From NCBI GenBank assembly GCA_001770205.1, contig MEQL01000027.1, positions 1-64,000 of the forward strand: DNA of 64,000 nt, written 5' to 3'. The stretch's first letter is position 1, and every line of letters starts with the position of its first letter. Source of the DNA: Bdellovibrionales bacterium RIFOXYD12_FULL_39_22 (lineage in GTDB: Bacteria; Bdellovibrionota; Bacteriovoracia; Bacteriovoracales; Bacteriovoracaceae). Below the pieces are notes generated by a model. That model was given only the letters and a program-made list of their open reading frames with translations. It did not search any database and was not told the origin of the DNA. Of the stretch, positions 38,095 through 46,889 are shown piece after piece. A program made the position numbers and the translations under genes.

Positions 38095-39114
38095 ATGAAT
38101 CCATTTGCTTCTATGAATAAATATTTGTTGGGACTTAAAATGGTTCCCATAAACTTAGGGGAACTCTTTTTTCTCGTTGAGGCACCTTGTAATGTTTATG
38201 GATTTCAGAATGAGCAGTATAAGCTTATTTTGGATACGGGGTTATTGATTAATAGAGCATCTATCAAACAGATAATTGATAATAAATTTTTTCACATCTA
38301 TGTAAAGGAAGATGAGTACGCTAAATATTTGGCCAGCTTTCAAGATGCTATGCGGACTTTAACCCGCTCATTGTCGGTGGGAGATCCTAATAAAAATGCT
38401 ATTTCGCTTATGAATGTTATCTCCTTGCATATGCGTCATGTCTATTTTGATAACGTTAATGATGAGAGTTTGAAGTTGCAATATCAGGGAGTGAAGACAT
38501 TGGCAGGATTTTTATTGGAACATTCTAAGTCACATCCTTTGATTATGACAGAATACGATAAGCTTAAGCATAATTTTATTTGGGCACAACCGATTTTGTC
38601 CTCGGTTTTTTTATTGGGAGTTTTGAAACATTCACAAGTGATGAGTAAAAACGAGATCGAATCTCTTTTTATCGCTAGTTATTTTAAAGATATTGGTATG
38701 TCGGTTATCTCAGTTGATAAATATGAGGCAGGTCAGCTTAATGATGATGATAAACTGATGTTACTGCAGCATCCAAAGTATTCGGTACAATTACTTTCAG
38801 GTCGAGTCCCACTGGCCCATGCCTATCTCAGTGTCATTCAAAATCATCACGCCTTTAGTTTACTTAATAGTTATCTGGGAGATGAAGCTATTTCTCATAC
38901 ACCAGAAAAAGTAATGTTTGGTTTTGAAACAGTTATGGTTAATGTTATAGATATCATTGCTGCGATGATATCTGGCCGGCCTTTTCGTGAGGCAACTTCG
39001 TTGTATGATTCTTTGGAATTGGTCAAATCGCTTATCGCCGACGATTATCCTAGAGAGTTTAAGTTGATCGTGCATTATTTCCAACAGTTTTTCTCAAGCA
39101 AAAAAAAGATTTGA
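38095..39114 (+). CDS. Degenerate HD-GYP domain protein
   Basis: FKDIG, QHP, NHH, RPFR; HD and GYP motifs are altered. Confidence 0.7.
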   Translation: MNPFASMNKYLLGLKMVPINLGELFFLVEAPCNVYGFQNEQYKLILDTGLLINRASIKQIIDNKFFHIYVKEDEYAKYLASFQDAMRTLTRSLSVGDPNKNAISLMNVISLHMRHVYFDNVNDESLKLQYQGVKTLAGFLLEHSKSHPLIMTEYDKLKHNFIWAQPILSSVFLLGVLKHSQVMSKNEIESLFIASYFKDIGMSVISVDKYEAGQLNDDDKLMLLQHPKYSVQLLSGRVPLAHAYLSVIQNHHAFSLLNSYLGDEAISHTPEKVMFGFETVMVNVIDIIAAMISGRPFREATSLYDSLELVKSLIADDYPREFKLIVHYFQQFFSSKKKI

Positions 39115-39264
39115 TAGAAATCATCCACCATTTTTTTTATATAATAGAATTGATGCACTTCGAAAAAAAACTTTTCAATCTGTATATTATGCAAGACAAT
39201 CAATAATATGTGAGAGTTAAAGGAATAACTCTTTGCGTGACCATCAAATTCTAAGGAGGGAATT

Positions 39265-39480
39265 ATGGCCCAGGAAGCAAGTCCTCTTACGGGGATAATC
39301 GAGGAAGATAAGGTCTTTGTCGATTTTGGCGAGCATGAAGGCAAATCGGTTCTCGAGATTGCCGATACTTTCCCTGATTTTTATGATTTTTTAATTGAGC
39401 GAAAAAATTCGGGCCGCTGTTCTATTCGAAGATCAAAGGATAAAACTTTCCGTCTTTACATCGGCCAAACAGTTTTTTAG
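39265..39480 (+). CDS. Small hypothetical protein
   Basis: GGAGG RBS; VDFGEHEGKSV..I...PDFY motif. Confidence 0.65.
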   Translation: MAQEASPLTGIIEEDKVFVDFGEHEGKSVLEIADTFPDFYDFLIERKNSGRCSIRRSKDKTFRLYIGQTVF

Positions 39481-39498
39481 GTAGAGACCATCATATTT

Positions 39499-40326
39499 CT
39501 ATTCTAGTAATTTGGTAATGACTCCAGGCCTGGAATTTGCTTGTGCTAACATCGCAATAGAAGCATTTCTTCTAATGTCTAAAGCGGCCCGATTGGAGGC
39601 CTCTGCGGCGATATCGGTATCTCTTATTTTTGAATTTGAAGATGATAAATTTTCTTTTGAAACTAAAACATTTTGCATCACAGACGTCATACGATTAGAA
39701 ACACTTCCGAGATTTGCCTTGCTCTCATTGATATTTCCAAGGAGATTATCAATTTTAGAAAGTGATGCTTGCGACTCACTCTTGTTTAATATGTTGAGAG
39801 AAGTCGTTCGCAATTCGTTAACTGGCCCCAGTGTGCGCTGCATATTGTAGGTGATTTGATCAATGTTGGTCTGATTGTCTAAACCTATCTGTATTTCATA
39901 TACACTTCCATCATTTTTTAATACCAAGTTACCATTAAAGGAAGTTGACTGGGCCAATCTCCCGATTTCTGTTTTTAAATGCTGGAATTCAACGTCGGCC
40001 ATCGAGCGCTCAGAGTCAGTAATGGTGTCATTAGCAGATTGTAATGCTAACTCTTTAAGACGAATTGTCATGTCGCCAATAACGTTAAGAGATCCTTCGG
40101 CAACTTGAAGTAAGGAGATACCGTCATTAACGTTTCTAGTTAATTGAGACATTCCGCGAATTTTAGATTTCATCTTTTCGGAGATAGCAAGGCCGGCCGG
40201 ATCAAATGCGGCCCGGTTAATGCGATCTCCGGAGGATAGTTTCATTTCGCTATCGACCAGTTCACCGTTTGCGTCACCTACTCGGCGCAACGCAACCATA
40301 GAGGAAACATTGGTTGCAATTCTCAT
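39499..40326 (-). CDS. fliC: Flagellin (minimal, D0-D1 only)
   Basis: MRIATNV, LSSGDRINRA, N-terminal QVAEG, C-terminal SKIRDTDIA..AQAN. Confidence 0.92.
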   Translation of the reverse strand: MRIATNVSSMVALRRVGDANGELVDSEMKLSSGDRINRAAFDPAGLAISEKMKSKIRGMSQLTRNVNDGISLLQVAEGSLNVIGDMTIRLKELALQSANDTITDSERSMADVEFQHLKTEIGRLAQSTSFNGNLVLKNDGSVYEIQIGLDNQTNIDQITYNMQRTLGPVNELRTTSLNILNKSESQASLSKIDNLLGNINESKANLGSVSNRMTSVMQNVLVSKENLSSSNSKIRDTDIAAEASNRAALDIRRNASIAMLAQANSRPGVITKLLE

Positions 40327-40333
40327 GCAACGT

Positions 40334-40360
40334 CTATCGGAGTTATTTGGATGGATATTA
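40334..40360 (-). promoter_or_regulatory. Putative sigma28 promoter of flagellin
   Basis: TAAT-N15-TCCGATAG on the - strand. Confidence 0.55.
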
Positions 40361-40401
40361 TTATCAGGTAAAAAACAAGTACTCGAGGCAAAATTTGCCC
40401 A

Positions 40402-40968
40402 TTATTCTCGCAATTGAAAGAGGTAGACGAGTTCTTTTTCGCTGGCCACTGGCCCGATTTGGTTAAAGGCGGGACTAAATTTGGTGCGCTTAGCGGCCAA
40501 GAGCGCTGCCTCATCAAGACGTTTATATCCACTGGCCTGGATAATTTTTGCCATAGTTATTTTTCCGGCCGCATTAATTTTAAGTGAAATGACAACTTTT
40601 CCACTTTCCTCTAATTGGCGAGAGATTTTTGGATAATGTGGTTGAATTTTTTTTACAATGGTGGCCGGGGAAATTGTCGCTTGTCCATTCGCTGGCCCAT
40701 TGTCATGAAGTGTCTCGTTAAATGATTTGGTTGTGGCCAAGGTGGATGATTGTCCAGGTGAAAAGGAAGATGTAGATGTAGACGTAGATGTAGATGATAA
40801 ATTTTTGTGAGGTGTAGCGCCAATTACAGATACTTCATACTTATCTTCAGGCGTTTGTAATAATATTTTTTTATTTTCTGATAACTGGAGAGATGAGTTG
40901 GTGAGAAGATAAAGAAAATAAATATGAAGGATCGTAGAGATAAGAAAAAATTTACCAAATGATAGCAC
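40402..40968 (-). CDS. tonB: TonB-family energy transducer
   Basis: TM, ST-rich linker, PHYP..SR..EESG, SGYKRLDEAA. Confidence 0.85.
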   Translation of the reverse strand: MLSFGKFFLISTILHIYFLYLLTNSSLQLSENKKILLQTPEDKYEVSVIGATPHKNLSSTSTSTSTSSFSPGQSSTLATTKSFNETLHDNGPANGQATISPATIVKKIQPHYPKISRQLEESGKVVISLKINAAGKITMAKIIQASGYKRLDEAALLAAKRTKFSPAFNQIGPVASEKELVYLFQLRE

Positions 40969-42810
40969 TTAAATACCCCAGCGCAGTCCGGCCATAAAAC
41001 TCCGTCCTGCACTATTGTAGCCATCAATTTCCTGATAGTGATAATCTAGTAAATTATCAAGTTGTAAAAAAATATCAAGATTGGTCTTGCGATGATATTT
41101 TTTTGCGAGATGTAAATTTACCAGAGAGAAAGAAGGTAGCCCTTTTCGGTGGTTCGTTTCTGCATCATAGTCATCGCGGCGGCCAATTAGCTGATAGGAT
41201 AGTTTACCTAGCAGGCCAGAATTTGCTTCATATAATAACTGAGAGTTGAAGGTCATTGATGGACGACGATAAAGTTGATTGCCGGTTTGCATATCGTGAG
41301 TATAAAAACGAGTAAATTGATTCTCCCAGCTAAAATTGGGCGAAAAATTAATAACTGCTCTGTTTTCCCATCCACTTATTTTTGCTTTACTTCCATTGAT
41401 TGGCCGCCAAGAAGGTGGTGGATAGTAAATTTGATCGGTTATATCAATGTGGAAAAAAGTAGAAGTTAGTGTAATGAAATTTTTAAATTTTTTTTCAACT
41501 CCCAAGTCATAACTTAAACTTTTTTCTGGCCGTAAGTTTTTATTTCCATAAAGTTCATCATAAAGATCTGTCAGAGTGGGAGTTCTAATTCCAGAGGCAA
41601 TACTACTTCGCAAGATGATGTCGTAGTTGGTGAAACAGTAACCCGGGGCCAGTCGATAGGTTTGATGGGTTCCAAAGTTATCACTAGTAGCGCTGCGTGC
41701 ACCTATAGATAGAAATTTTTTTTCTCCCTGATAATGGTCGTTTATAAATATTGATAGAGTCGATGCGTTGTCTTTTTCAAGATCAACGGAAGGAGAATTG
41801 TTTTTTTCAGTTAAGCGTTCTATGCCAAAAATGATGCTGTTTTTTTCGGAGGTTAAAAAATTATTTTGTAGTTCAAGCTTTTCAATACTTCCTTGATAGG
41901 TGGACTCAAAGCGTGGCAGGTCACTATCATTTTTCCAGTGATTACTAATAGAAAAAGAGAGAGCTGTTTCTGCCGGAATAATTTCCCATTGCTTGGCCAG
42001 TTGCACTTTGCCATAACTATCGCGACGAGATAATGTGCGTGACGAATTATCTCCACCATCTCCACCTCGTTCATCAATGTCGTTTTCTTGAGAGGTATAT
42101 CGCCCGGTGATATCAATCTTAAATTTCTTACTAAAGCTTTTAGTTAGAGCAGAACTTATTGTTAAAAGGTTGCTTCCATCTTTGTCCGGAGGAGATGCCA
42201 AGGTATCGGCAGCGGCAGAAAATCCTTCCTCACTTTTATTTTCAAGGCCGAAAGAGTATTTCCAATCAGTAGTTGCACCAGACAACTGTACTGCGGCCAT
42301 ATTTTTTTGAAAAGAGCCAAGGCCTGCTGTAATTTGCACTCGAGGAATTGGGGCGCTTCCCTTTTTGGTTATAATGTTAATTACTCCGCCAATTGCACTG
42401 CTTCCATATAGCACACTCTGGGATCCGCTTAACACCTCAATGCGTTCAATATTAGCAAGAGAAAGCGTGGAAAAATCAAAGCCGTGTCCCGGGGAGCTGG
42501 GATCATTCATGATGATACCGTCAAGTAAGATCAAAGTTTGTCCCGAGTCAGTTCCCCGTAAAAAAAAAGTGGCCGGCAGAGTGGAAGTGCTACTGTTGGA
42601 GACATAAACGCCAGGAAGTAGGCCAACTTTTATTCCGGCATTAGAGTTCATTCCATCGCGGATAGTCTCTTCTGTAATGGCAAAAATGGTGCTGGCCGTG
42701 TCGGCGGAAGATGCTTCAATACGATCAGCAGTTACGACTATTGTATCTGCTTGGAGAGGAATGGAGATACCTGACGAGAAGAGAGTAATAATTAGGATAA
42801 TAGTTTTCAT
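40969..42810 (-). CDS. TonB-dependent receptor (BtuB-like)
   Basis: TonB box DTIVVTA; IERIEVL.GSQSVLYGS.AIGGVINIITK; NLRPEKS; start ATG 42810. Confidence 0.88.
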   Translation of the reverse strand: MKTIILIITLFSSGISIPLQADTIVVTADRIEASSADTASTIFAITEETIRDGMNSNAGIKVGLLPGVYVSNSSTSTLPATFFLRGTDSGQTLILLDGIIMNDPSSPGHGFDFSTLSLANIERIEVLSGSQSVLYGSSAIGGVINIITKKGSAPIPRVQITAGLGSFQKNMAAVQLSGATTDWKYSFGLENKSEEGFSAAADTLASPPDKDGSNLLTISSALTKSFSKKFKIDITGRYTSQENDIDERGGDGGDNSSRTLSRRDSYGKVQLAKQWEIIPAETALSFSISNHWKNDSDLPRFESTYQGSIEKLELQNNFLTSEKNSIIFGIERLTEKNNSPSVDLEKDNASTLSIFINDHYQGEKKFLSIGARSATSDNFGTHQTYRLAPGYCFTNYDIILRSSIASGIRTPTLTDLYDELYGNKNLRPEKSLSYDLGVEKKFKNFITLTSTFFHIDITDQIYYPPPSWRPINGSKAKISGWENRAVINFSPNFSWENQFTRFYTHDMQTGNQLYRRPSMTFNSQLLYEANSGLLGKLSYQLIGRRDDYDAETNHRKGLPSFSLVNLHLAKKYHRKTNLDIFLQLDNLLDYHYQEIDGYNSAGRSFMAGLRWGI

Positions 42811-42878
42811 ATTGATAATATTAAAACATAATTTCCAAGATGCCATAATAAATTTAAAAAATTTGAAAGGAGAATAGT

Positions 42879-43445
42879 ATGAGTTTAAAAAAAGCGCTAC
42901 TTATTTTAACTGTTTTTTTGTTAACAACAAACGTATTTGCGATGCAATTTCTTGAGCGAGAAATTCCAGATAAGATTGTTGTCGATGGAAAAGAATTGGC
43001 CTTAAATGGAGTCGGAGTGCGAACAGTTTCAGTGGCCTTTATTGATATCAAAGTCTATTTAGGATCTCTTTACCTTGAAAAAAAAACAACCAATCACCAA
43101 GACGTTTTAGCAGCAACAACTCCTGTATATTTGGGAATGAAATATCTTCGTGAGGTGGATAGGGATAAATTAGTTGATGGATGGCAAAAGGCATTTAAGG
43201 CCACCCATAAAGATGTAAAACCGTATCAAGCTTCTTTGGATAAGTTTTTTTCTACTATGGAGGCAATGAAGGAAAATGATGAGAGTAATCTAACGTTTTA
43301 TCTTGATCGAGGGGTTAAAGTTGCCACTAAGGGAAAGGAGGTCTTTATTGAAGATAAGGGCTTTGCCAAAGCATTACTTTCCGTATGGTTTAATAAAAAA
43401 TCAGACCAGAAATTGCAGGCAGGCCTTTTAGGGAAAAGTAAATAA
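42879..43445 (+). CDS. Chalcone-isomerase-like secreted protein
   Basis: Signal peptide; LNGVGVR...VYLGSLYL...LLSVW...GLLG. Confidence 0.8.
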   Translation: MSLKKALLILTVFLLTTNVFAMQFLEREIPDKIVVDGKELALNGVGVRTVSVAFIDIKVYLGSLYLEKKTTNHQDVLAATTPVYLGMKYLREVDRDKLVDGWQKAFKATHKDVKPYQASLDKFFSTMEAMKENDESNLTFYLDRGVKVATKGKEVFIEDKGFAKALLSVWFNKKSDQKLQAGLLGKSK

Positions 43446-43446
43446 T

Positions 43447-44505
43447 TTATAACGGTGGCCACTCATTGATGAGATGGGCCACTTGTTTTTCTGGGAGTTG
43501 TTCATTTATGGAAGAGAAGCTTAAAGTCTTTGACTGCCCATATTGCGAAATATTATAGAGACTCTCTTCTCTTTGCAGGAGAACATTTTTTATTGCAATC
43601 AGTTCTCCTTCCGCTTTCCAAGTTTGTAGTTGTTTCTTTAAACTCTTGTTGATAATTAAAAAATTATCGGCGTGAACAATGCTCCCCAGAGATGATTGAA
43701 TGGCCAGTGCTTCTGCAACTTTTTGTTGATCGGCAGAAGTTACTAGATACCAGTTGGAAAAATTAGGATCGTTGAGTTTTTGGCCAAATTTTAAAGCATT
43801 TAAAAAGTAGTCGCGGTTTTTATAGACGGTAAAAAGAGATTCTGCAAATTCATGGACGAAACTTTCCCCAGTTACTTTGCCTAAGTAGTTTAACAATTTG
43901 TTGACGCCAGAGGAGATTACGCTTGAGAGTATAGACATCTGTTTGATTTGGCCAGTTCGCTTACCTAAGAGCGTGAAAATTTCAACAAAGGCAGAATCAA
44001 AAAAAGTAGTTATTTTTTTTGATGCCTCTAGAAAATCAAGAAAATGTTTTCCTGGTGGCGTGTCGAGAACTATGGCATCATAGTCGTTAGAGCGAAACTG
44101 AAATTCAAGTTCGATGAGAGATAAAATTTCATTCATTCCGGAGGATGGACGCGATAATATTTTCAAGAGACGATTTTTTACGATCTCTTGGCGATTTTCG
44201 TCGTTAATGATTCTTTGAAATGTCGCCGGAGGAGACATTAGTAGCGCATCAAAATAAATGCTGGGTTGGCCAAAGAAGGCCCCATCAATTGTCTCGATTT
44301 TTCCGGAGTGAGTAGAGGAGAGATGTAAAATATCTTTGAGACGGTGTGCCGGATCAATAGTTATCAGAAGTACGCGTACTTTTTGAGTGGCCAAAAAAAC
44401 GGCACGAGACGTTGCAATAGTTGTTTTGCCGACTCCGCCAGTTCCGTAAAAGATCTCTATGGATTTTGCTCGTATATGGGGATGTGTGTTTGGTTTCATT
44501 GACAT
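43447..44505 (-). CDS. ArsA/Get3-family ATPase (subunit 2)
   Basis: GTGGVGKTT, TIDPA, DTPP. Confidence 0.85.
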   Translation of the reverse strand: MSMKPNTHPHIRAKSIEIFYGTGGVGKTTIATSRAVFLATQKVRVLLITIDPAHRLKDILHLSSTHSGKIETIDGAFFGQPSIYFDALLMSPPATFQRIINDENRQEIVKNRLLKILSRPSSGMNEILSLIELEFQFRSNDYDAIVLDTPPGKHFLDFLEASKKITTFFDSAFVEIFTLLGKRTGQIKQMSILSSVISSGVNKLLNYLGKVTGESFVHEFAESLFTVYKNRDYFLNALKFGQKLNDPNFSNWYLVTSADQQKVAEALAIQSSLGSIVHADNFLIINKSLKKQLQTWKAEGELIAIKNVLLQREESLYNISQYGQSKTLSFSSINEQLPEKQVAHLINEWPPL

Positions 44506-45314
44506 TCCCCATTATGATCTTTTGCTAATTCGATTTTATCGGCTATTTCTTGGATAATATCCAAAGTAGAGGATGAAAAAACAAAGGGGATTTGTGTTGT
44601 TATTGCGGCAATGTTTTCTTGCGCAACCTCTTTTTCCAGTCTTATCTTTTCGATCAAGAAAGGTGGAAGATTGTCATCATGTTTTTGTAAAGAGGGGGCC
44701 AAGGCCAAATTTAAAATAATATTGACGTTGAAATTACTACAAAGCGAAAGCAGTGATTGTTTTAACTCTATTGCCTCGTGTAAACCCATTGTGGTGGGGA
44801 TGGTAGAAATTAAAATATCGGATATTGTGCGGTTGGAGATGAAGTTCCAAATTTCGCTCAAGTCACTGGCCAATACTCCCGGGGAAAATATTTCTTTGAA
44901 ATTAATTATGGATTCAAAAAGGGTGGTAGTGTGGCCAGAAGATGGCATGTCAAAGACAATGGTTATCTCAGGATCTCGCTTGAGTAGATCTATAAGCTCT
45001 CCAATTATGACAATGCTTTCCAGTCCAGGCAGCATTTGAAAGATTGCTCGAACAAAGGGAGCGCGTGTTATCCAAGATGCGATAATTTGTGAGTTCAGTT
45101 TTTTTGCAATATATTTTTCAATGCTATCGAGAGGCCCTAATAAGATAAAAGGAATATTAAGCTGTTCGCATAAGTAGGAGTTTTGTTTTTGGTCGTTAGA
45201 AGTATAAAAAACTTTGCGATTGGATTTTTGTAATTGTTTTGCGAGTGCTAGCGCTAAAGTCGTCTTCCCGACACCGCCTTTGCCGGTAACAAAATAGATT
45301 CGCTTGTGCAGCAT
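44496..45314 (-). CDS. ArsA/Get3-family ATPase (subunit 1)
   Basis: GKGGVGKTT, DMPSSGH. Confidence 0.85.
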   Translation of the reverse strand: MLHKRIYFVTGKGGVGKTTLALALAKQLQKSNRKVFYTSNDQKQNSYLCEQLNIPFILLGPLDSIEKYIAKKLNSQIIASWITRAPFVRAIFQMLPGLESIVIIGELIDLLKRDPEITIVFDMPSSGHTTTLFESIINFKEIFSPGVLASDLSEIWNFISNRTISDILISTIPTTMGLHEAIELKQSLLSLCSNFNVNIILNLALAPSLQKHDDNLPPFLIEKIRLEKEVAQENIAAITTQIPFVFSSSTLDIIQEIADKIELAKDHNGECQ

Positions 45315-45330
45315 GATTATGCCATTACCA

Positions 45331-46023
45331 TTAATAGATATAGTAACCGGTGATTAGTAATTTAAAATAGGAGCCAGTAACCTTCGGGCCAATTTCCTGT
45401 TTTATATCAAAAGGATCATGATATTGTGCAAGTACTCCAATGGAGTAGTGGTCGTTTAAACGAAGATCTGCCCCCCCACCAAAGTGAATACCAAAAGTAA
45501 CTTTGCTTTCAGAAGAGCGCCAAGAATCGTCGGAAACTTCGCGTCTAACCGTTGGTGCATAAAAACCAAGGCCGGCCAGTCCAAAGGGAGAGAAGGCATC
45601 ATAGCTGTAGAGTTTCCCTTTAATTCCTACGACTGCGCCTTTTAATGTGACAATATTTTTGAGAAATTCATGTTCAGAAAAATGAAAATTGGCAAACATG
45701 TCGAAAGAGTAACTTGCGCTATAGCCGTAGAGAAGATCGAAAGTAATGCTGTCTTCTGCTTTTTCGCGAAAATCTCCTAGCAAGAAGGTTTGGCCGATGC
45801 CCAATCCAACAGAATGTTTTTGTATTTCGCCTAAAAGTTTTGCTACTTTGGGTGAGGTGGCCACCATTGGAGGGGCCTCCTCTTTGATTTCAACAGGAGA
45901 GTCATCGTCAGACTGAGATGTCATGCTTTTTAACGATTCTTTGGCAGAAGCATTAGAAAAATTTATAACTGATAAAAGGACTACTAAGCTAAGTAGGAAG
46001 TTACTTAAATGGATTCTTTTCAT
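45331..46023 (-). CDS. Outer-membrane beta-barrel protein
   Basis: Signal peptide, alternating beta-strands, aromatic C-terminus. Confidence 0.7.
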   Translation of the reverse strand: MKRIHLSNFLLSLVVLLSVINFSNASAKESLKSMTSQSDDDSPVEIKEEAPPMVATSPKVAKLLGEIQKHSVGLGIGQTFLLGDFREKAEDSITFDLLYGYSASYSFDMFANFHFSEHEFLKNIVTLKGAVVGIKGKLYSYDAFSPFGLAGLGFYAPTVRREVSDDSWRSSESKVTFGIHFGGGADLRLNDHYSIGVLAQYHDPFDIKQEIGPKVTGSYFKLLITGYYIY

Positions 46024-46090
46024 AAGGAAGATTACTCACTGATTGGGCCAATATTATCTAGTTAATACATTACAGTTTACACTATAAAAA

Positions 46091-46477
46091 CTAGTTTAAC
46101 AGTCCCGAAGACTCAAGTGAATTATTAATATTTGTAGTTGATGGTTGTGCAAAGCTGTCGGCCATACTGTTTTTAGAGGCCTGAGCAAGGCCTGCTTCTA
46201 ACATCTTTATGTGGCCAGAGAGTGTTCCATCTATGCTACGAATAACTCTCGTCAATAGTTCGGTATCACCAAAGGCGGTGGATTTTCTCTCTTGATCAAA
46301 AAGAAGTTGAATTTGAGTTATGTAGGTTATGTCTTTTTTTGTGTGATTATCAATTACCAAAATTTCATTTCCCGCACGGATAATTTGTGCGATTTGGTCT
46401 AGTGTTACGTATGAACTGAGATGGGTGTCATACAGCTTACGATTTTGGTATCTTTTGATTGTTCTGATGTCGCTCAT
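46091..46477 (-). CDS. PhaR-type DNA-binding domain protein
   Basis: IKRYQNRKLYDT..SSYVTL...KDIT. Confidence 0.85.
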   Translation of the reverse strand: MSDIRTIKRYQNRKLYDTHLSSYVTLDQIAQIIRAGNEILVIDNHTKKDITYITQIQLLFDQERKSTAFGDTELLTRVIRSIDGTLSGHIKMLEAGLAQASKNSMADSFAQPSTTNINNSLESSGLLN

Positions 46478-46889
46478 AAACTACTCTCCTGATGTTAATA
46501 AACTATATTTAACCAAATTCCAACTTATCTATCAAAAATTAAAAGTTAAATCAGTTGTCTGCGCACTTATACATCAAATTTGAAAAAAAATAATACACCG
46601 TGTATAAAATTCACTGCGGCGCGTTTCATTAAATTTTATGATCGCGCAGCGCACAAATGAATATAAGGCAAAACCACCAAATATCAGTATGTTATTCACA
46701 ATAGGCGAACTAATCATAGCATTGTCCCATTGCGAACATTAATTGCAAAATGGCCAGAAATACCCACAGAAAAGTTTAAGTATTTTTTTAAAAGTTCGAT
46801 CAGGAATGAAGAACATGGGGCCCTAAAAGGCCAACACCATGTTCGCATCCGGCGCTAAATGAATAATGCGCTCAGGGCATTGGAGTTGT

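Noticed and set aside
40768..40797. GATGTA hexamer repeat
   Set aside because: Encodes the Ser/Thr linker of TonB; ordinary low complexity.
42811..42878. Cobalamin riboswitch upstream of the BtuB-like receptor
   Set aside because: Only 68 bp of AT-rich divergent intergenic space, with no B12-box-like sequence.
43447..45314. Arsenic resistance operon
   Set aside because: No arsB, acr3, arsC or arsR nearby.
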